Virus record (IMG/VR): IMGVR_UViG_3300009507_000010
DNA length: 64,000 bases
Source of the DNA: an uncultured virus (IMG/VR IMGVR_UViG_3300009507_000010)
Lineage: Duplodnaviria > Heunggongvirae > Uroviricota > Caudoviricetes
Direction: 5' to 3' (one strand)
The notes under the pieces are model-generated. The model was not told where the DNA came from. It ran no database searches and saw nothing but the letters and a program-made list of their open reading frames with translations. The translations under genes and the position numbers were made by a program. Positions 40,706-47,870 of this stretch are shown here, one piece after another. Numbering within the stretch: position 1 is the stretch's first letter; each line of letters starts with the position of its first letter.

Positions 40706-42478
40706 ATGATTAAAATTAAAGACTTAACCGTAAAGAATTTTATGAGCGTGGGCAATCAAACCCAAGCAGTTGCTTTTAACAAAGAGCAACTTACGCTTGT
40801 ACTAGGCGAGAATTTGGACCAAGGTGGTGACGATACAGGATCACGTAATGGTACAGGTAAAACTACTATCATTAATGCTCTGTCATATGCGCTGTACGGA
40901 CAGGCACTTACAAACATTAAACGCAACAATTTAATTAACAAAACTAACTCAAAAGGCATGCTAGTTACACTGCACTTTGAAAAGAACGGTGTTGATTATC
41001 GTATTGAACGCGGACGTTCTCCTAACGTACTCAAGTTCTTCATCAACGGCGAAGAGCAAGCAATGATCGACGAGTCACAGGGTGACAGTCGCAAGACACA
41101 AGAAACAATTAACGAGTTGTTGGACATGTCGCACGATATGTTTAAACATATTGTTGCACTTAACACATACACTGAACCGTTCCTTAGTATGCGTACTAAT
41201 GATCAAAGAGCTATTATCGAGCAGTTGCTTGGTATTACTATCCTTTCTGAAAAGGCAACTAATCTTAAAGATCAAATCCGTGTAACTAAAGATGCCATCA
41301 CGAGCGAAACTCTTAAAATTGATGCGATACAAACTGCTAATAGTAAAATTGAATCAACTATTAATAGTTTAGGTCGTACACAACGTGCTTGGCTGTCTAA
41401 AAAAGAACAAGACTGTGCAAAATTGTTGCAAGGTATTACAGAATTAGAGAAACTTGATATCGAAGTTGAACTTGAATCGCATGAAAAGTTGTCTAACTGG
41501 ACGCAACATAACAACGCTATTATGGCTCTTAAAAAAGAATTAAGCACATTAGAGCCAGCACTATTACGTGCCGACAAGTCTGTTGAAAAAGCCAAAAAAG
41601 ACATCGCAGATCTTGAAGATGCAACATGTTATACATGCGGACAAGAACTTCACGCAGATAAAAAAGCAGAGATTGCAGCTCGCAAAGACAAAGAACTTGT
41701 CGACGCTAAATCATATGCTGAAGAAATTACAGGAAAAGTAAAAGAAGTTGCGTTTGCACTTGAAGAGATTGGTGACATCAATGGCAAGCCTACAACGTTC
41801 TATGAAAGTGCCAAAGAAGCATATGACCATAGACAAAATGTTGACAGTTTGAAGCAAGCACTGTCAAACAAACAACAAGAAACTGATCCGTATCAAACAC
41901 AAATTGACGAGCTAAACAATAGTGCAATGCAAGCAATTGATTGGTCAGCTGTTAATGAACTGACAGAGTTTAAAGAGCATCAAGAATTTTTACTTAAACT
42001 TCTAACTAACAAAGATAGTTTTATTCGTAAAAAGATTATTGATCAAAACTTAGCATATCTTAACAACAGACTTACATATTATCTTGACAAGCTAGGACTG
42101 CCGCATCAAGTTCAATTCTTAAATGATTTGAACGTAGAAATTACACAGCTAGGACAGGACTTAGACTTTGATAACCTGTCAAGAGGTGAGCGCAACAGAC
42201 TTATCTTAGGCCTGAGCTTTGCATTCCGTGACGTTTGGGAATCATTGTATCAAGGTGTTAACTTATTATTCATTGATGAACTTATCGACTCGGGCATGGA
42301 CACAGCCGGTGTTGAAAGTGCGTTGAGCGTACTTAAAAAGATGGGACGTGAACGAGATAAGAATGTATTCCTTATTTCACATAAAGACGAGCTTATCGGA
42401 CGAGTTAATCATGTTATGAGAGTTGTAAAAGAAAACGGATTTACAAACTATGAAAACGATATTGATATTGTTGAATAA
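40706..42478 (+). CDS. gp46: Recombination endonuclease ATPase subunit, gp46 (Rad50/SbcC-like)
   Basis: 590 aa; Walker A NGTGKTT, coiled coil with CYTC zinc hook, LSRGE signature, LLFIDE Walker B, ISH. Confidence 0.93.
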   Translation: MIKIKDLTVKNFMSVGNQTQAVAFNKEQLTLVLGENLDQGGDDTGSRNGTGKTTIINALSYALYGQALTNIKRNNLINKTNSKGMLVTLHFEKNGVDYRIERGRSPNVLKFFINGEEQAMIDESQGDSRKTQETINELLDMSHDMFKHIVALNTYTEPFLSMRTNDQRAIIEQLLGITILSEKATNLKDQIRVTKDAITSETLKIDAIQTANSKIESTINSLGRTQRAWLSKKEQDCAKLLQGITELEKLDIEVELESHEKLSNWTQHNNAIMALKKELSTLEPALLRADKSVEKAKKDIADLEDATCYTCGQELHADKKAEIAARKDKELVDAKSYAEEITGKVKEVAFALEEIGDINGKPTTFYESAKEAYDHRQNVDSLKQALSNKQQETDPYQTQIDELNNSAMQAIDWSAVNELTEFKEHQEFLLKLLTNKDSFIRKKIIDQNLAYLNNRLTYYLDKLGLPHQVQFLNDLNVEITQLGQDLDFDNLSRGERNRLILGLSFAFRDVWESLYQGVNLLFIDELIDSGMDTAGVESALSVLKKMGRERDKNVFLISHKDELIGRVNHVMRVVKENGFTNYENDIDIVE

Positions 42479-42489
42479 AGAGAATGTAG

Positions 42490-42693
42490 ATGGACGACAA
42501 CGACACACACGATAAGTTAACGCAAATGTATTTAGAATACTTCAAGGCAAATGAAAAATTCGAAGCTCGCAACTCCGTACGTACTCATAGAGAAGTACGG
42601 AGATGCCTTCGAGACATGAGACAGCTTGCTAAAGAGCGTTCTGAAGAAATACATATTAAGCATAATACTACAAGAAAAACCAAGACCGACTAA
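42490..42693 (+). CDS. Small hypothetical protein
   Basis: 67-aa helical ORF in operon position after gp46. Confidence 0.7.
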   Translation: MDDNDTHDKLTQMYLEYFKANEKFEARNSVRTHREVRRCLRDMRQLAKERSEEIHIKHNTTRKTKTD

Positions 42694-42721
42694 GGCAATT
42701 AAGGCAAATGTTAAGTACATT

Positions 42722-43156
42722 ATGCATTGGACTTATGAAGGAAAACAAATTGAAGAACTGCCAGAAGGCTGCGAAGCATTTGTTTATCTTATCACAAACA
42801 AGACTAATGGCATGATGTACGTAGGCAAAAAACTAGCAAAGTTTAAGGTAACTAAACCACCGCTCAAAGGCAAAAAGAATAAGAGACGTTCAACAAAAGA
42901 AAGTGATTGGAGAGATTACTGGGGTTCCAGTGATAGACTTAACGCAGACGTTGAACGGTTAGGCGCAGAAAATTTCACAAGAGAAATATTACATATTTGT
43001 CCGAGCAGAGGCATAGCAAGTTATTTAGAGGCCCGCGAACAGTTTGAACGCAGAGTACTTGAAACAGATCAATACTACAACGGTATTATCAATGTACGAG
43101 TCGGCGGTTCAACTATTCTCAAAGAACATCTCAAAAACAATCCACCACAGGCATAA
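42722..43156 (+). CDS. Short GIY-YIG family nuclease-like protein
   Basis: Likely start ATG 42722 (MHWTYEG, 144 aa) rather than 42626; FVYLITN.TNGMMYVGKK, YWGSS, FTREIL, YLEAREQ, YYN motifs of Seg-like GIY-YIG domains. Confidence 0.8.
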   Translation: MHWTYEGKQIEELPEGCEAFVYLITNKTNGMMYVGKKLAKFKVTKPPLKGKKNKRRSTKESDWRDYWGSSDRLNADVERLGAENFTREILHICPSRGIASYLEAREQFERRVLETDQYYNGIINVRVGGSTILKEHLKNNPPQA

Positions 43157-43545
43157 TCAATACAGCACATAAGGTTAGCGGGCCAGTTTGTAATACCGCT
43201 GTGGAAAAGGTCCCCTGAGAAGGACACACGTAACATATTGATCGACTACCCAGAGGTAGGAAGCCATCAAACAAATTGGGCTCACTGGTTGATATAGATT
43301 GATTGCTGTCAGTCGAAAAACTGCAAATTACACATAAAAACTCTTTAGCAATAGGAACGAAGCGAGAGGTAGTTGGAAACAACGATGTCGACGTAGGTTG
43401 GGAAAGGTCAGAGCCCATTGTGTAGCAGTATAACAAACACCTACTTCCAATGTCTAGGCTGGATAAGACTCACATGAAGCTTTTCTTTTAGACGACGGGG
43501 CCGTAACAGGTTCCGTCTGACTGAAACGATCTACATGAAACTTAA
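43157..43545 (+). ncRNA. Candidate large structured non-coding RNA (family unidentified)
   Basis: No credible ORF in an otherwise tightly packed genome; many local hairpins (e.g. GTTG-GAAA-CAAC, CTACC-CAGA-GGTAG, GACGGGGCC-GTAACA-GGTTCCGTC) and several 6-7 bp long-range complementarities; boundaries approximate. Confidence 0.6.
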
Positions 43546-43546
43546 A

Positions 43547-43568
43547 CATTATTACATTCGTAATAATG
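43547..43568. repeat. Perfect 9-bp inverted repeat (possible terminator or origin hairpin)
   Basis: CATTATTAC-ATTC-GTAATAATG. Confidence 0.6.
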
Positions 43569-43636
43569 CAATTATATCATATATTAAATCATTTAAATTA
43601 AACGAAGTGATGTAGTTTGAGCGTTAGCGATAACTA

Positions 43637-43656
43637 AAATGAGCTTTAGCTCATTT
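43637..43656. repeat. Perfect 9-bp inverted repeat
   Basis: AAATGAGCT-TT-AGCTCATTT just upstream of the TAAATA at 43663. Confidence 0.6.
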
Positions 43657-43698
43657 CTAACATAAATACATTTAAGTAATAGCTTATTAGGACATCTC

Positions 43699-44733
43699 AT
43701 GAAAGTATTTGACATTGTAAACGAAACAAGATATCGAGTTAGTGAATTCCCTGGATTTGTTTGGGATGACGCAGCTGAGATGTTAACTCGTCCTGATGGC
43801 ACAACAGTAAAAGCTACTAGTGCTGATGATGCAAGAAGAGCCGCAAGAACCTGGAATGCCAGAACAGCTAGACTACAATCGCCAAATGCTAAGTGGAGAA
43901 ATTTTAAGCGAAGTGCTAATAATCCAGCTCTCAAGTTGGAAAACATGGATAATGCTTTTGCAAAATGGTCAACACGTTTACAACGTATACCTGGCATTGG
44001 TAAAATTAAATGGATATTCTTATTAAATGATCTGTTTGCTGATATGGCCGGGATTGCTACAGCCGTCATTGAAGAAGAAAATGAACGTGCAGAAGCAGCA
44101 GGCGAAGAATTTGACACAGTAGAAGTTACTAGTTTAATTTCAGCAGCTATATGGACACACCTTAAAGAAGTATTTCCTGCGATAGCAAGATCAGCAGCAG
44201 TGTTTATTACAACTATATGGGCAAGTACAAAAATATTGACAAGAGTTATTAACTCAATTATGTGGGTAGTTAGAGGATTTGGTCTTGCAACTGGACCTGG
44301 CGCTCCGATAGTTTGGTTAGGAACTTTTGCTGCACAGATTGGCCTAAGTTGGTTTATGACAACTGATTACGGCAAACAAAAAATGCGTGACGCATGGATT
44401 TGGACACTTGAAGCATTGCTTCCAGGAGTAATAGGTTTAGCAGCGTCTATAGCAGTTAAAGCAGGGTTCGAATCTGCTGAAGGACTGTCAGATGCGGCTC
44501 GTGCAGCTAGCGAAACTGTAGCAGATACACTAAAAACTCAAATGGAATCACAAGCTGAAACTATACTAAACGGTATGGATGAATTTGGTGGCGGAGTAAG
44601 TGAAGACGATGTTCAAGACATGCCGCAGGAAATTCAAGATAGACTTAATCAACAAGAACAACCAGATGCTGCACCAACTCCAGCAGCAGCAAATCAAAGT
44701 TTTAAAGACATTGTAGGCGCTGGTACTTGGTAA
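43699..44733 (+). CDS. Hypothetical late protein with hydrophobic segments (possible internal/ejected protein)
   Basis: 344 aa; TAAATA at 43663 and AGGA RBS; hydrophobic stretches (WVVRGFGLATGPGAPIVWLGTFAAQIGLSWF, ALLPGVIGLAASIAV); acidic tail. Confidence 0.7.
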   Translation: MKVFDIVNETRYRVSEFPGFVWDDAAEMLTRPDGTTVKATSADDARRAARTWNARTARLQSPNAKWRNFKRSANNPALKLENMDNAFAKWSTRLQRIPGIGKIKWIFLLNDLFADMAGIATAVIEEENERAEAAGEEFDTVEVTSLISAAIWTHLKEVFPAIARSAAVFITTIWASTKILTRVINSIMWVVRGFGLATGPGAPIVWLGTFAAQIGLSWFMTTDYGKQKMRDAWIWTLEALLPGVIGLAASIAVKAGFESAEGLSDAARAASETVADTLKTQMESQAETILNGMDEFGGGVSEDDVQDMPQEIQDRLNQQEQPDAAPTPAAANQSFKDIVGAGTW

Positions 44734-44734
44734 T

Positions 44735-44974
44735 TTAAATTAACGGCATTCCGGCCTTATTGGTATTTTCCCAATTTTCTTTGATAATTTTATTAAGAAT
44801 AGCCTTGTCGGCTACATCGATATAATACATTAGGTCTTGATACTGGACACCGCCTCGCATATACCATACCAATCGGTACATTTCGTCTTTGAGGCTTTTT
44901 TCTGTTTCTTCGTACTGTTCAAGAACTGCTTCGATATCAGAGACTTCGAGATTACCTATTAGCTTCCGAAAAAA
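44735..44974 (-). CDS. gp51-like baseplate hub assembly chaperone segment, probably expressed by -1 frameshift from the gp26-like ORF
   Basis: Manually read open frame FFRKLIGNLEVSDIEAVLEQYEETEKSLKDEMYRLVWYMRGGVQYQDLMYYIDVADKAILNKIIKENWENTNKAGMPLI*; no ATG until 44881; begins at slippery T-TTT-TTC. Confidence 0.7.
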   Translation of the reverse strand, partial: FFRKLIGNLEVSDIEAVLEQYEETEKSLKDEMYRLVWYMRGGVQYQDLMYYIDVADKAILNKIIKENWENTNKAGMPLI

Positions 44975-45786
44975 CTTGAATCATCCATTGTGAACAACTG
45001 CGTGTAACCTTTAGCGCACTCACCGCACTTGACCTCTAGCGGTTTTATTTGCTGATCTTCGTTATTTTTTTCAATTGTCTTTTTTAACAGTTCAAAATAT
45101 TCTCTATCACTTGTTAAAATAAAATCTCTTATTTGTGCTGGATCGTATTCTGAACCATCAGGTGTGATAATTTCAACAACTTGTCCTGCAATACTTTCTT
45201 CAATTACTTGATTTAGTTTTTTATATGCAGTGTATTCAATTTCTCGCTGTTGTTCAACAGTTAGGTCTTTTTGGCTAGCAGTTTGTGCTATCAAACGCTG
45301 AGTTTCAAAAGATACTTTTTCTATAGCAGTGTATGCATCGTAAGTTAACGGATTAAGTTTAAAAGTTAGCTCGTGCATTTTAACAGTTTCTAAATACTTG
45401 CGATCACTAAGACTTTCTAAGATGTGTCCTAAAATTACTTCGTGTTTGTTTCCCTCACCACAATGTGGACAAGAACTGTGTTGATTATATTTTTCTCCGT
45501 AGGATGCTATGCGTATTGCTACTAACAAAAATTCGATGTCTATTATAGAAATATTGCCTGGCTCAACAATACTAGGAATACATGACTTAATTAGATTCTT
45601 AGTTGCTAGTCCACTTAACAATGCTTCTGGATTTTTCATCATAAGTTCATCAGCACCCGACATTGAGTAAATCGGTACTTCTTTGAATGTACTATTACTA
45701 GTGCCTTCTTTTACAAATCTAAATTGTGATGGAATATCAACAAAGATTTTTGGCTGTCTTTTGTGCTTGGTTAAAACCGAACTCAT
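44959..45786 (-). CDS. gp26: Baseplate hub assembly protein, T4 gp26-like
   Basis: 275 aa; DELMMKNPEALLSG, IDIEFLLVAIRIASYGE, CPHC and CGEC Zn motifs, ends SSFFGS. Confidence 0.75.
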   Translation of the reverse strand: MSSVLTKHKRQPKIFVDIPSQFRFVKEGTSNSTFKEVPIYSMSGADELMMKNPEALLSGLATKNLIKSCIPSIVEPGNISIIDIEFLLVAIRIASYGEKYNQHSSCPHCGEGNKHEVILGHILESLSDRKYLETVKMHELTFKLNPLTYDAYTAIEKVSFETQRLIAQTASQKDLTVEQQREIEYTAYKKLNQVIEESIAGQVVEIITPDGSEYDPAQIRDFILTSDREYFELLKKTIEKNNEDQQIKPLEVKCGECAKGYTQLFTMDDSSFFGS

Positions 45787-45805
45787 CGTGTAATTCTCCT
45801 AAGGA

Positions 45806-45825
45806 TAAATATATAAAAGTATTTA
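45806..45825. promoter_or_regulatory. Pair of face-to-face late promoters (TAAATA + strand 45806-45811; TAAATA - strand 45820-45825)
   Basis: Both motifs lie in the 84-nt gap between the divergent gp26-like and tape measure genes. Confidence 0.6.
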
Positions 45826-45870
45826 TGCGACATAAAGTACGCATATATCATTACTGATTAAGGAAAATTT

Positions 45871-47862
45871 ATGTCAGACGCAGCAGACAGTCAAGCACAA
45901 CAAGACGACATTCGTAAAAATACTAGAGCTATTCAAGGTTGGACTAGTGCGCTGTCGGGCGCAGTTACTGGCGCTAGTCAGTTTGCTGGCGCTCTTGTAT
46001 CCGGGTCTACAAAGATCGCAGACTACACTGGTGCGCTTGGAACTATGGCAAAGGCACTTCCTATTCCAGGAATGGGCGCTCTATCTGATGGATTAAACAA
46101 AGCAGCATCAGTTATAGACGAGATGAATGCTGGCTACAAATCACTTAGTAGATCAGGATTTTCTTTAAGAGGCTCATTGTCGGGCACAGCACTTGCAGCA
46201 TCAGATGCTGGATACAGTGTAGCAGAATTAGGCAAGTTTGCAGAAGCTAATGCTAAACAGTTAAGAATAATGGGCGGAACAGGCGGCCGCGCAACAGCAA
46301 TGTTTGCACGAATGAGTGGTGACTTTGCAAACAGCTCAGAAAATTATGTAAAAGGTCTATCAGCAATTGGCTACAGCAACGAAGAAATAAACGAATCTCT
46401 AGTTAATTTTGCATCAATTAATAGATTGCAGTTTTTAGAAAACGTAAGAACTGGAACTAGTCAAAATAGATCAGCTATGGCCTTTGCAGTGTCGATGGAT
46501 AGAATGGCAACGCTAACTAACCAAAGTAGAAAAGAACTTGCAAAGAAAATGGAAGAAGATAGACGCAATGGTCGAGTGCAAGCATTCCTTGCTGGTCTAA
46601 ATAAAGAGCAACAAGTAGTGTTTAACGAAGGCCTGCAAATGGCAAAACAAAACGGACCGTTAGCAGCAAAAGCATACGAAGATATGATGATGCAAGCATC
46701 TCTAACAGGAGAAAGTGCAAATGCAGCAGCAGTGTATGGTAGCGAGTATATAGACAATTTAGCAGGACTACGTCAGCGATTGTTTAGTATTGAAGCAGGA
46801 GACAAAGCTGCCGGCGAAGCGTTTAGAACACAATCATTAGTCGTACAAGGCGAAGCAATGGATGCATTGCGTAGTCAAGGTAATATACAATTAGGTATGC
46901 TTAGAGGGAATGGTGGGATAATAAAAGATATCCAAGATGCCCTTGCCGGAAGCGTAGACATGTATGATCAAATTTCGTTAGTACAAGCACAATCTAGTAC
47001 ATCACTAACTAGCGCACAAGCTAGACTTCGAATGATGCAAATGACTGACCAAGAGTTAAGACAAGCAGGATTAACTAAAGATGCAGAAGGTAACATTAAA
47101 GTAGCAGGAGCAGCTGATGCTGCAACAGATGCAGTTAGCTCGTTTGAATCGACGATGGCAACTGCTTCTCGAGCAGTACGAACAGAATTAATAACTACAC
47201 TGTTAGGACCAGCAGGAGTTGGTGAAGAACTACGAGAATTTGCTAGAGATTTAGATTCGACTAGAGTAAAAGTTACTGCCGAAATTACAAAGTTTGGTAC
47301 TACCTTTAGAGATGAAGCTACTAGGATAGCAGGTGCATATAACACTCCTAACGTCGAAGCTGGAGTATTAACTGGTCAAGCAGCAGTGCAAGCAGCAACT
47401 AATCGAGGTAATAGTCAAGAAGCTAACCAAACTGGCAGTATACCGAACAACGAAACAAGTAACGGAGCTCGTCCAAATAATCCTAGTACTGATAACAATA
47501 TGTTTGGCGGCATGATGGATGCACTAAGACCAAGTATAGTAGGCGAGCGTGGACCTGAGTTTCTTATCCCAAAAGGTGCTAACAATTTAATTGCAACTGC
47601 TCAAACAATGGCAAAACAAATTGCACCACAGATGCAACAAATGGCAGAACAGATGCGTCCACAAATGGAACAGATGGCTGCACAATTTGAGCCACAATTA
47701 AAACAAATGGCAAGTCAATTTCAACAGAGCTCTCCAGAAATGGGCCAGCAGATGGAAGTTATGATGACACAACTAAACGGCAAGTTTGATCAATTGTTGA
47801 ATGCATACAAAGACAACACACGCGAAATCAGACGAAGCGGCGGAAACGTATATAGGACATAA
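45871..47862 (+). CDS. Putative tail tape measure protein
   Basis: 663 aa, Ala/Gln/Met-rich helical; IVGERGPEFLIP motif common near tape measure C-termini; adjacent to tail chaperone genes. Confidence 0.65.
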   Translation: MSDAADSQAQQDDIRKNTRAIQGWTSALSGAVTGASQFAGALVSGSTKIADYTGALGTMAKALPIPGMGALSDGLNKAASVIDEMNAGYKSLSRSGFSLRGSLSGTALAASDAGYSVAELGKFAEANAKQLRIMGGTGGRATAMFARMSGDFANSSENYVKGLSAIGYSNEEINESLVNFASINRLQFLENVRTGTSQNRSAMAFAVSMDRMATLTNQSRKELAKKMEEDRRNGRVQAFLAGLNKEQQVVFNEGLQMAKQNGPLAAKAYEDMMMQASLTGESANAAAVYGSEYIDNLAGLRQRLFSIEAGDKAAGEAFRTQSLVVQGEAMDALRSQGNIQLGMLRGNGGIIKDIQDALAGSVDMYDQISLVQAQSSTSLTSAQARLRMMQMTDQELRQAGLTKDAEGNIKVAGAADAATDAVSSFESTMATASRAVRTELITTLLGPAGVGEELREFARDLDSTRVKVTAEITKFGTTFRDEATRIAGAYNTPNVEAGVLTGQAAVQAATNRGNSQEANQTGSIPNNETSNGARPNNPSTDNNMFGGMMDALRPSIVGERGPEFLIPKGANNLIATAQTMAKQIAPQMQQMAEQMRPQMEQMAAQFEPQLKQMASQFQQSSPEMGQQMEVMMTQLNGKFDQLLNAYKDNTREIRRSGGNVYRT

Positions 47863-47870
47863 GTAATAAC

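Noticed and set aside
42626..42721. N-terminal extension of the GIY-YIG ORF in the track
   Set aside because: Overlaps the upstream gene from a TTG; ATG 42722 after the TAAGTA motif is more plausible
43131..43436. 101-aa minus-strand ORF over the structured region
   Set aside because: Antisense to the local gene direction, atypical composition, no RBS; better explained as non-coding
43141..43520. Possible (permuted) tmRNA: TCCACCA at 43141 and GGGGCCGTAACAGGTTCCG at 43497
   Set aside because: TCCACCA is inside the GIY-YIG coding sequence with no adjacent T-arm and no strand complementary to GGGGCCG; the GGGGCC segment is explained by a local hairpin and lacks the TTCGAC motif
43157..43545. 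Group I or group II intron carrying the GIY-YIG as a homing endonuclease
   Set aside because: No interrupted host gene is evident on either side; GACTA and GATATAG fragments occur but no proper P7 (GACTA/TAGTC) or group II domain V could be built; left as an unassigned RNA
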